Positions 1 to 7,379 of a DNA stretch of 64,000 nt are shown piece after piece (positions within the stretch are counted from its first letter, which is position 1; every line of letters starts with the position of its first letter). Both the position numbers and the translations under genes were made by a program. The notes under the pieces are model-generated. The model saw only the letters and a list, made by a program, of their open reading frames with translations, ran no database searches and was not told where the DNA came from. Source of the stretch: an uncultured Gammaproteobacteria bacterium. Its GTDB lineage: Bacteria; Patescibacteriota; Patescibacteriia; Magasanikbacterales; UBA922. The stretch spans positions 236,215-300,214 of the forward strand of contig CAYFPM010000001.1 of NCBI GenBank assembly GCA_964345045.1, read 5' to 3'.

Positions 1-132
1 ATTGTGGTGGACACGATGAAAGAAAATGTTACCGGCGCAATAACCGCTAACATCGCAAACATCGTGATCGTGGGAGTGATTATCTTCTCAATCGGATTTG
101 TTTGGCGTCTTGCTCGTCGCTTCATGCGATAG
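1..132 (+). CDS. Partial CDS (C-terminus) of a small membrane protein resembling an inovirus major coat protein
   Basis: Frame 1 reads ...IVVDTMKENVTGAITANIANIVIVGVIIFSIGFVWRLARRFMR*. This gives an amphipathic N-part, a hydrophobic helix and a basic C-tail, which is the classic g8p architecture. It sits directly upstream of the large secreted ORF. Confidence 0.4.
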   Translation: MVVDTMKENVTGAITANIANIVIVGVIIFSIGFVWRLARRFMR

Positions 133-199
133 GCATAGCACGGTGGGGGCTTGCACTCAATATGCAAAGCCCCCAACGCCGTGCAGTAACGAACCTATT

Positions 200-1912
200 A
201 TGAAACTCTCCTTACTTAAATATAGATTACTCCGCACGCTTGCTGTTCTTTCCACTCTTGCCGTGTCTTTTTTGTTTGTCCATGCTGTTCATGCAGAATC
301 ATTCGAGGCAGATGTTGCCGATTTTGCCCCAGCGTCAAATTGGTACACCTGGTTTATTCGAAGCAGTAACGAAACAGGACACGGACAAAAGTTTATCACT
401 GCCGTTGATACAGAAGCAATCCAAACAGTAGGATTTAAATTGTGTCGTCTTGGAAACTTAGTACACCCAAAGACACTCACACTGTGCAACAGTGCAACCA
501 ACGGATGGTACGGAGGATGTAGTGATCCACTCGCCACAAAAGAATTTACCGCAGAAGAACTCAATGAGATGATCCACTACGACCTAAATTGTAATTCTAA
601 CTTAGAGGGTGGACAAGAAGACGGTGAATTTTTTAAGTGGGCATACTTTAGCTTTGATGAGCCTGTAAATGTTAGTAGCTCACAACATTACTTTGTTCTC
701 TTAAACAGTGCGTCGAGTGCTGACAACGAATCAGGCTCTAAACTTCGCACGATGTATAACAACTCAAACTATCTCGGAAGCAGTGCGGATTATCCCGATG
801 GACAAGCCTACTACTACAAAGGAGCAACCAGATACACCTCGGGAGCGTCCACAGATATTTTCTTCAAAATATTTAGTGCTGACCCGATTACAATTCCATT
901 TGAGATTACCTCACCCGTACAAGATCAAGAAGTTATCAATGACACATGGATTACTGTATCGGGAACCTGTCCGTACGTGGGAGAAAATAGAATCGGATTT
1001 ACTGATGACTGTCTCGGATTTGAAGAAATTGAATATACCGCCTCATGTACCGAAGACAATACCTTTTCCGCACAGTTCTACCACACCAGTTTATCCGACC
1101 GAGTGATAGCACGAGATATAGAAAGCGTCTCTGGTGATTGTGTTGATTACGATGACCTCATGGATTTCGTCACGGTAGACGGCATTGAATTTGTGGACGG
1201 CTACCCCGAGGATTGGTATTTCAACTTTGGACTCTACGACGATTACAACATACAAATTAAGTCACCGAGCTTTGATACCGCTCTCACACTCCCGAAAGGC
1301 TCAACCAGTAAAGACTTTACATTTAGCTTTACTTATCCCGATGGAACAATAGATAGCCTGACGTTCAACATCAAACAATATGACAGTGACGGAACAGAAC
1401 TTAATGCGGCATTTCATACTCGCACACTTGCAAGCATGGCGGACACGAACGACTACACCGTAACACTCTCCGCTTCTACGACACCGTATCATTATGTTGT
1501 GCAACTCATAGAAGACGGCACGCTGAAACGACAATATCCATTTGGAGTTTATGTTTCAGATTTAGATTTTGTCGGCAACCCCGACGACGACGGTGGATAT
1601 TTCTTTCCTCGCATTGTCGAAGAACTCCGCAAAAAGATTGTATTCAACTATTACTTTGCCTTTCATGACGGCTTTTACAACATGTTCAATGGACAATATT
1701 CAAGCCCCTCACCGACGGCACTCGACATTACATTCAAAAGTGTATCGGGCAATGGACAGTATGACCTTGACGTCAAAATATTTTCCGCGAGCGATCCACG
1801 AGTAAAGGCATTTTCAAGTGGTCTTCGTCCGTACATTGTCGCCCTCTTGTGGCTCGGCTTTGCTCTTTACGTGGTGTTCCGAGTGACGCATTTATTCAGT
1901 GATAACCAGTAG
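200..1912 (+). CDS. Large secreted protein with C-terminal membrane anchor. Candidate phage adsorption/minor coat protein (g3p-like by position).
   Basis: Internal Met at 200 begins MKLSLLKYRLLRTLAVLSTLAVSFLFVHAVHA, a signal peptide. The C-terminus PYIVALLWLGFALYVVFRV is a TM segment. It lies between the coat-like ORF and the Zot-like ORF. No sequence-level homolog recognised. Confidence 0.5.
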   Translation: MKLSLLKYRLLRTLAVLSTLAVSFLFVHAVHAESFEADVADFAPASNWYTWFIRSSNETGHGQKFITAVDTEAIQTVGFKLCRLGNLVHPKTLTLCNSATNGWYGGCSDPLATKEFTAEELNEMIHYDLNCNSNLEGGQEDGEFFKWAYFSFDEPVNVSSSQHYFVLLNSASSADNESGSKLRTMYNNSNYLGSSADYPDGQAYYYKGATRYTSGASTDIFFKIFSADPITIPFEITSPVQDQEVINDTWITVSGTCPYVGENRIGFTDDCLGFEEIEYTASCTEDNTFSAQFYHTSLSDRVIARDIESVSGDCVDYDDLMDFVTVDGIEFVDGYPEDWYFNFGLYDDYNIQIKSPSFDTALTLPKGSTSKDFTFSFTYPDGTIDSLTFNIKQYDSDGTELNAAFHTRTLASMADTNDYTVTLSASTTPYHYVVQLIEDGTLKRQYPFGVYVSDLDFVGNPDDDGGYFFPRIVEELRKKIVFNYYFAFHDGFYNMFNGQYSSPSPTALDITFKSVSGNGQYDLDVKIFSASDPRVKAFSSGLRPYIVALLWLGFALYVVFRVTHLFSDNQ

Positions 1913-1915
1913 CCT

Positions 1916-2161
1916 ATGTTTAGCTTTATAGAATCAATCCTTGTAAAGATTATTTCGCTTTTGCCTGACGCTGATCCGAGCAATTCCGTTATCACGGCCG
2001 TAACGAGTGCGTTTGCGACAATCACCCCGACATTCTCACAAATTGACCTTATCTTCCCGATATTCGTCTTGTTCAAAGTCTTGCTTCTCGTGATGTTCGT
2101 TGAAATGACCATATTCTTATTCACCTTTATCTTGCAAATCGCAACATTCTTTAAGCCATAA
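1916..2161 (+). CDS. Small hydrophobic membrane protein (g6p-like by position)
   Basis: 81 aa with two or three hydrophobic helices. It is tightly packed between the adsorption-like and Zot-like genes, with a 4-nt gap and then a 5-nt gap. Confidence 0.4.
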   Translation: MFSFIESILVKIISLLPDADPSNSVITAVTSAFATITPTFSQIDLIFPIFVLFKVLLLVMFVEMTIFLFTFILQIATFFKP

Positions 2162-2166
2162 CTAAT

Positions 2167-2871
2167 ATGATCACCATTGTTACAGGAAAACCAGGAGCAG
2201 GAAAAACCCTCTACATGACATACAAGGCACTTGAGATGTTTCTCAAAGGACATGATGTATACGCAAATTGGAAACTCAACTTCACGCCCTATGTCATAAA
2301 GAAAAAAGTGGACTTGAAAAAAGTCGGCCGTGTCTACTTCTGGTCTGAAATACCTGAACTCCTCCATATTAAAGGCGGACAGATATTTATAGACGAAGCC
2401 CAAGGATATTTTGATAGCCGTGAGTGGCAAGACATGCCTCCGTCGGCAAAACAAAAATTCTCTGCTCACCGTCACGATGTACGGAAAGATAAAGATGGAA
2501 ATACCATCCCACTCGACATATACGCAGGCGTACAACATACAGGAAACATTGATAAACGGATACGAGATTTAGGACAACACTTTCTAGAAGTACGCAATGT
2601 CTTCAAAAAAGTATTCATGGCTTCACACTTTGAACTGCATGATCTCAAAGATGACAACGTAAAACGACGAGCCATTAAACGCTCATTCTTCCTCATGAAC
2701 AAACTCAAAGCCAACTGCTACAACACCCACGAAGCCGTGAACTTCATCGAATACCCAAACTTCCCATACCACCGAAAATATCCGCACAGATTCTCCAACG
2801 AAAATACAGGACTCATTCCCGACACCCCAGACATACCCCCATATTCCAATCAGCAACGCAAAAAAAGGTAG
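2167..2871 (+). CDS. Zot-like P-loop NTPase (filamentous-phage assembly protein, g1p family N-domain)
   Basis: N-terminus MITIVTGKPGAGKTLYMTY is a Walker A motif. IFIDEAQ is a Walker B-like motif. 234 aa is consistent with the Zot N-terminal domain. Confidence 0.65.
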   Translation: MITIVTGKPGAGKTLYMTYKALEMFLKGHDVYANWKLNFTPYVIKKKVDLKKVGRVYFWSEIPELLHIKGGQIFIDEAQGYFDSREWQDMPPSAKQKFSAHRHDVRKDKDGNTIPLDIYAGVQHTGNIDKRIRDLGQHFLEVRNVFKKVFMASHFELHDLKDDNVKRRAIKRSFFLMNKLKANCYNTHEAVNFIEYPNFPYHRKYPHRFSNENTGLIPDTPDIPPYSNQQRKKR

Positions 2872-2879
2872 TAGTTCAA

Positions 2880-3281
2880 TTAAGAACTACTACCGACCTG
2901 TTCTACTTGCTTAATGTAAAACAGGTTTACCCGTTTCGGGTATTTGCGAACGACAGTACCGTCCTTGTCTTTCTTCTCAATGATGATGAAAGACTTGAGG
3001 GCTTTTTCGCCCTTTTTAACCTGATAGCCCATTTCGAGCCATCGGTTATACGTTAAACAATTACTTTTTGGATCGTAATTGTTTGCGTCTTCTTCGCCGA
3101 ACCGATCAAGGATCTGTTTGCGAATAAGGTCTGAAGTTACTTCAGAACCTTTCCATGTGGAAACTAATTTGTTTTCCATAGAACTAAATATATCACGGTC
3201 GAATGAAAACGTCCGTGGCTGACCGTTTAGTGCCGTATCGGACAGGAACAGAAACAGCGTCTGATAGCTTGCTTTAGTCAA
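2880..3281 (-). CDS. ArdC-N / DUF1738-like ssDNA-binding domain protein
   Basis: The motif CLTYNRWLEMGYQVKKGEKALKSFII matches the ArdC N-domain signature WLTFKQA..LGG.VRKGEKG. It is divergent to Rep, in the position where an ssDNA-binding protein (gV analogue) would be expected. Confidence 0.45.
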   Translation of the reverse strand: MTKASYQTLFLFLSDTALNGQPRTFSFDRDIFSSMENKLVSTWKGSEVTSDLIRKQILDRFGEEDANNYDPKSNCLTYNRWLEMGYQVKKGEKALKSFIIIEKKDKDGTVVRKYPKRVNLFYIKQVEQVGSSS

Positions 3282-3405
3282 GGTGGAGACTTGTACAACC
3301 TTTATTCAAGAAAAGCTGACGCTACACTGAAACAACCTGATACGGAAAAAACGAGCTACATATTATCTATCGGTGAATCTATACCGATCATCCCGTAAGT
3401 AATCA

Positions 3406-3435
3406 TTTTTTTCTCGTCTGCCCGACGAAAAAAAA
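3406..3435. promoter_or_regulatory. A/T-flanked hairpin in the divergent intergenic region upstream of Rep. Candidate rolling-circle origin (nick site hairpin).
   Basis: tttttttctcgtc tgccc gacgaaaaaaaa forms a long imperfect hairpin. A second inverted repeat atcggt..accgat lies at 3367-3390. Confidence 0.25.
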
Positions 3436-3514
3436 TGAGTGCTTGCGAGAGGTATATCGCAGATACAACTATTACTCTCTTAACTTGATTATATCCACAC
3501 ATCTAACGAAAACT

Positions 3515-4291
3515 ATGGCACATTCCTACACACTCAAAGTAGTTGTGTCGGGAAAGCAGGTCGAAGTATTCAAATATAGCAAAGAAGTGTGGCGTGACTA
3601 TGACTCATCTCCAAAACAAGTCACTACTCAAAAGGAGTCCAAGCAATTAAACATGTTCGAACAAGAAGCACTGCGACAGAAAAAGGTGCAATATTCAATT
3701 AACCGAACGAAAACAGAGATACGCCGTCAAATTAACGCCAATCCGCAACTGAATAAGTTTATGACCCTGACTTTCGCCGACAACATCACTGACATCAAAA
3801 CTGCGAACTACATGTTTAATCAGTTTATTAAGCGTATCTCATATAAATACAAAAATTTCGAGTACTTTGCTGTACCTGAATTTCAAAAGCGTGGGGCTGT
3901 TCACTATCATGTGCTATGCAACCTACCATACATCGAAATGAACGTCTTAGAGTACGTTTGGGGGCATGGCATGGTAAATATCCGTAAAGTAGACGAAGTG
4001 AACAACCTCGGGGCGTACATGAGCAAATACTTAGGTAAAGAACTGTTCTCTGGTCGCATGTTTGGTAAAAAGAAATTCTTTCGTTCACAGTCCTTAAAAT
4101 CTCCTGTAGAGCTTCTTGCATGGTGGGCGAGAAAGTTTATTGAGAAGTTTCTTTCACTGCTCACACCAGTCTTTGAAAAGACGTTTGAGAGTGAATACAT
4201 GGGAGAGGTTGAGTACAAGGCGTATACGCTCGACTTTTTCCCGTCCAAGTGCAATGACCCGCAATGGTCGATAGTTTTTAATAACTCCTAA
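3515..4291 (+). CDS. Rolling-circle replication initiator (HUH endonuclease superfamily, phage Rep/gpA-like)
   Basis: HUH motif in GAVHYHVLCN. Two-tyrosine motif YMSKYLGKE (YxxKY). The likely start is the internal Met MAHSYTLK. The listed ORF starts at 3443. Confidence 0.65.
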   Translation: MAHSYTLKVVVSGKQVEVFKYSKEVWRDYDSSPKQVTTQKESKQLNMFEQEALRQKKVQYSINRTKTEIRRQINANPQLNKFMTLTFADNITDIKTANYMFNQFIKRISYKYKNFEYFAVPEFQKRGAVHYHVLCNLPYIEMNVLEYVWGHGMVNIRKVDEVNNLGAYMSKYLGKELFSGRMFGKKKFFRSQSLKSPVELLAWWARKFIEKFLSLLTPVFEKTFESEYMGEVEYKAYTLDFFPSKCNDPQWSIVFNNS

Positions 4292-4292
4292 C

Positions 4293-4451
4293 ATGATCTC
4301 TCTTGCGAAATTCAAAGAGCTTACCGAGTCGGAAGGTCTATACCTATCTGATCTTGAGGCACTCGAAGCAAGAGAAACAATCTCCCAGTTATTAGAAATT
4401 GCGTTCAATACATGGATGGAACAACAAAAAGAAACAAAAACATCGACTTGA
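4293..4451 (+). CDS. Small hypothetical ORF (52 aa) between Rep and recombinase. Possible recombination directionality factor or other.
   Basis: ATG..TGA open frame MISLAKFKELTESEGLYLSDLEALEARETISQLLEIAFNTWMEQQKETKTST, below the ORF-track cutoff. No recognised motif. Confidence 0.2.
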   Translation: MISLAKFKELTESEGLYLSDLEALEARETISQLLEIAFNTWMEQQKETKTST

Positions 4452-4608
4452 TTTTTTTGTATGTTCTTGATACTATTCCTTTGGACTCAACTCAAATCAC
4501 GATTTTTTTGTGCCATAATTTTTGATATTGTGGCGAGAAAAGGGAGCAATCCTGCTTCAACGTCTTCGTGATTGTTGAGTCCAAGCAGTTCTTTGCTTCC
4601 TTTTTTAT

Positions 4609-6150
4609 TTGCATATGAAAAAACAACTACAACGAGGTGTCATCTATTACAGAGTATCGACAGCAGAACAGGCTGAACGTGGTTTTAGTTTGGAAAATCA
4701 ACGTGAGGCGTGTTTGCATTACGCAAAAAGCAAGGACATTGATGTGATAGGCGAATATCATGATGACGGAATTTCTGCAAAGACAACAAATCGCAAAGGG
4801 CTACAGAATATGCTCCAATTTTGTTCTACCAAAAGCAATAAGATTGATTGTGTGATTGTAAACAAGGTTGACCGCCTTTCTCGAGATGTGAATGATTACA
4901 CGAGTATTTTCACACAGCTCAAAGGGCGAGGTATCACGCTCATCTCTACCACGGAAGCAATAGACAATACACCATTTGGAAAGTGTGTCGGTAATATCAT
5001 GGCGACATTTGCACAGCTAGACAATGACATGCGAAGCGAGCGAGTCACGGCAGGAATGAAAAAATGTATTGAGTCTGGTCGCTGGCCGTTCAAGGCTCGC
5101 ATTGGGTATCTCAATTACACAGACGCAGACGGCAACAAAAGCATAATTGTTGATCACAAAAAAGCTCCATTGGTACGCTTCATTTTTGAAGAATATGCAA
5201 AAGGAGTATACACCGAGGAAGAAGTACGGCAACAAGTAAACGCCAAGGGATTGCGTTCATCGAATGGAAAAGAAGTATCTCCGCAGTTTATCCATAAAAT
5301 ACTCTCTGATAAATTCTATATCAGTATCATGACAATGAACGGCGTGGAATATCCAGCATCGCATGAGCCGATTATCCGCAATGAAACGTATTATCAGTGC
5401 CAAAAGTTCATGCGAAAGTACGACAAAAAGACAAACATGTCGCTCAAAAAGAAAAACGAGCTATTTCCGCTTAGAAATTTTGTATTGTGTGGAGAGTGTA
5501 GTCGTCCATTAACCGCTTCTTTGTCTACCAGTCATACAGGCAAGAAATTTCCATATTATCGGTGCTATAACAAAGAATGCACTGCTCCAAAGTCTCTCTC
5601 TAAGGACAGGCTAGAGAGTGAGTTTTTCGATTTTCTCAAAGAACTTGCACCAGACAAACGGTATCTCAAAGTTATACGACACATGGCTCTTGAACTATGG
5701 GAAAAGAAGTATAAAGAGATGAATGTAAGCAATGAACAAATACAGAGAGAAATTGACATACTCAAAGAGAAAAAAAGAAAGACCTTTGATCTGCTCGGCA
5801 AAGGTATTATTGATGATGAAGATTTCAAAGAAGAACTTGACCGCATTAAAGCCTCGATTCAAGATAAAGAAGAATTGCTACACCAAACACCCAAAGAAAA
5901 TTTTGACCTAGAGAAAGCAATGGATATGTGTTTTGATTTCTTTTTGGAAGTGCCTGAACATTGGCAAAAGGCGACCTACACAAAGAAAATACAACTTCAG
6001 AGTTCGATTTTTTCAAAAAAACCCTCGTACCATTATCCAAAATTTGGAACCCCTAATTTTTCGCTAATCTTTCAACAAAAAAGAGACTCTGCACATGCAA
6101 AATCCCTTTTGGTAGCCCGTAGGGGAATCGAACCCCTGTTCCCAGGATGA
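4609..6150 (+). CDS. Large serine recombinase (resolvase/invertase N-domain, recombinase domain and zinc ribbon). Candidate integrase of the element.
   Basis: N-terminus VIYYRVSTAEQAERGFSLENQRE carries the catalytic Ser motif. C-terminal half has Cys pairs LCGECSRPL...YYRCYN. The last 41 nt overlap the 3' end of tRNA-Glu on the opposite strand. Confidence 0.85.
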   Translation: MHMKKQLQRGVIYYRVSTAEQAERGFSLENQREACLHYAKSKDIDVIGEYHDDGISAKTTNRKGLQNMLQFCSTKSNKIDCVIVNKVDRLSRDVNDYTSIFTQLKGRGITLISTTEAIDNTPFGKCVGNIMATFAQLDNDMRSERVTAGMKKCIESGRWPFKARIGYLNYTDADGNKSIIVDHKKAPLVRFIFEEYAKGVYTEEEVRQQVNAKGLRSSNGKEVSPQFIHKILSDKFYISIMTMNGVEYPASHEPIIRNETYYQCQKFMRKYDKKTNMSLKKKNELFPLRNFVLCGECSRPLTASLSTSHTGKKFPYYRCYNKECTAPKSLSKDRLESEFFDFLKELAPDKRYLKVIRHMALELWEKKYKEMNVSNEQIQREIDILKEKKRKTFDLLGKGIIDDEDFKEELDRIKASIQDKEELLHQTPKENFDLEKAMDMCFDFFLEVPEHWQKATYTKKIQLQSSIFSKKPSYHYPKFGTPNFSLIFQQKRDSAHAKSLLVARRGIEPLFPG

Positions 6151-6184
6151 AAACCTGGTGTCCTAACCACTAGACGAACGGGCC
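6110..6184 (-). tRNA. tRNA-Glu (anticodon TTC), CCA encoded
   Basis: Reverse complement GGCCCGTTCGTCTAGTGGTTAGGACACCAGGTTTTCATCCTGGGAACAGGGGTTCGATTCCCCTACGGGCTACCA. The acceptor stem pairs, the anticodon loop is TTTTCAT and the T-loop is GGTTCGATTCC. Confidence 0.85.
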
Positions 6185-6185
6185 A

Positions 6186-6428
6186 TTAAATTATTCTCTT
6201 TAACAATTCTTCTTTTGTAGAACTGTGTTTTTTGAGTTTATTTTCTCTTTTTCTTGCTAAGCTCAATGTATTGTAAGCTTCGTAGTATACCAACTTCCAA
6301 GGTTTTTTTGTTTTTGTGTATTTTGATTTTCCCAAGTTGTGATCTTTAAATCTTTTTTTAAGATCACTTGTTGACCCAATATAATAAGTAAGATCTTTCT
6401 TACTTTGAATTACATATACGTAGTGCAT
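6186..6428 (-). CDS. GIY-YIG nuclease superfamily protein (YhbQ/UPF0213-like, about 80 aa)
   Basis: MHYVYVIQS...YYIGSTSDLKKRFKDHN...WKLVYYEAY..ARKRENKLKK. RBS AGGAGG lies 5 nt upstream of this Met. The listed ORF starts at 6470, but the extra N-terminal codons cover two tetraloop hairpins and a tRNA fragment. Confidence 0.7.
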   Translation of the reverse strand: MHYVYVIQSKKDLTYYIGSTSDLKKRFKDHNLGKSKYTKTKKPWKLVYYEAYNTLSLARKRENKLKKHSSTKEELLKRII

Positions 6429-6484
6429 ATACCCCTCCTGTAAAACATGGTGTCTGACCCTTCGGGTCATCAGCCGAAGGCTGG

Positions 6485-6514
6485 CTAACCACTAGACGAA
6501 CGGGCCATTAAATT
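6485..6514 (-). repeat. Duplicate of the first 22 nt of tRNA-Glu plus 8 nt of its upstream flank (direct repeat of 6163..6192)
   Basis: ctaaccactagacgaacgggccattaaatt occurs at both places. The copy is followed, on the minus strand, by hairpins CAGCC-TTCG-GGCTG and TGACCC-GAAG-GGGTCA. Confidence 0.8.
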
Positions 6515-6555
6515 TTGGTGATATAAGTATAGTTGAAAAGCTTCTGGGTGTCAAG

Positions 6556-6590
6556 CTGGAGATGGGTTTGACCTGGCGCGCTTGAGAAGA
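6556..6590 (-). terminator. Hairpin downstream of the minus-strand ORF 6609..6872
   Basis: cctggcg cgcttgagaagagt cgccagg, a 7-bp GC stem. Confidence 0.3.
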
Positions 6591-6608
6591 GTCGCCAGGT
6601 AGAGCTCC

Positions 6609-6872
6609 TTAGTTACCTTTGGAGGCAAACATTTTGTACAAAGTTTCCAGGGTGGTTTCTTGGTTTAGGCTTGCACAAACATAGTTTGGCAAAGACATTG
6701 ACTGCAGAAACCTTTCTGCCAAATCGCCGGCGATTTGGATAATTTGTAGGTCATCTAGATTTGCAAATGGCTTAGAACCTGACTCTCTACATTCTACTGG
6801 TCCTTTGTAAAGTTTTTTGAGAGCTTTTTCTACAGCTCTCGCAAAGTCGCAAAAGCTGATTGATTTACTCAC
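6609..6872 (-). CDS. Small hypothetical protein, paralog of 6987..7283. Possible carrier-protein-like fold.
   Basis: FCDFARAVEKALKKLYKGP and ANLDDLQIIQIAGDLAERF align with FEVFARELRKIIRKVVPLP and LDVTSGLESINVAGIIGELEDKY of the neighbour. The second motif resembles the ACP LGxDSLDxVELVMxLEEEF helix, but with Asp in place of the Ser. Confidence 0.45.
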   Translation of the reverse strand: MSKSISFCDFARAVEKALKKLYKGPVECRESGSKPFANLDDLQIIQIAGDLAERFLQSMSLPNYVCASLNQETTLETLYKMFASKGN

Positions 6873-6986
6873 AACAAAGACCTTAACTCAAAAATAACAA
6901 AAAGTCAATACAAAAACCCGACAAGGTGTCGGGTTGGTTTGTGAAGTGGTTGCCTGGTGTTTGCCCCCAATTTGACCAGGGCTTTT

Positions 6987-7283
6987 TTATGAGTCTTGAC
7001 TACGGCCTCTTCTAGACCTTATGCAGGCTTGGTAAATTTGCCAGGTTGTGGTATTGCTGTTCCAATGTGATTGCTTACCTAGGTTAGTGAGGCTGTACTT
7101 ATCCTCCAATTCGCCAATTATCCCGGCTACGTTTATAGATTCTAGGCCAGAGGTGACATCCAAAGGTTTGCCTCTTTCGCTTAGATCTAGTTGCGTGCCA
7201 CTGGGTAGAGGCACTACCTTTCTGATTATTTTTCGTAGCTCTCTTGCAAAAACTTCGAAACTGGGGAATTCTTTTTCGCTCAT
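6987..7283 (-). CDS. Small hypothetical protein, paralog of 6609..6872
   Basis: See the paralog. GC is higher than the backbone. Confidence 0.45.
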   Translation of the reverse strand: MSEKEFPSFEVFARELRKIIRKVVPLPSGTQLDLSERGKPLDVTSGLESINVAGIIGELEDKYSLTNLGKQSHWNSNTTTWQIYQACIRSRRGRSQDS

Positions 7284-7322
7284 AAACTTAAGTTACATTT
7301 TTGAAAAATAAAAGTCAATAAT

Positions 7323-7350
7323 TTTGAAAATAAAAAAACACCGCAAATGC
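7323..7350 (-). terminator. Bidirectional intrinsic-terminator-like hairpin
   Basis: On the plus strand: aaaataaaaaaacaccgcaaatgcgggtttgaattttttt. The hairpin ccgcaaatgcgg has an A-run on one side and a T-run on the other. Confidence 0.45.
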
Positions 7351-7379
7351 GGGTTTGAATTTTTTTGAGGTGGCCGGAA

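Larger units (their letters stand above)
1..6150. mobile_element. Integrated inovirus-like (filamentous phage-like) element, right end. It abuts tRNA-Glu and extends left beyond the window.
   Basis: GC is visibly higher than the backbone. Gene set and order: coat-like C-terminus, large secreted protein, small membrane protein, Zot-like P-loop ATPase, ArdC-N-like ssDNA-binding protein, HUH Rep, large serine recombinase whose 3' end overlaps the tRNA-Glu 3' end. Confidence 0.6.

Noticed and set aside
7048-7311. 87-aa plus-strand ORF
   Set aside because: It lies entirely antisense to the better-supported minus-strand ORF 6987..7283, which has a paralog next door.
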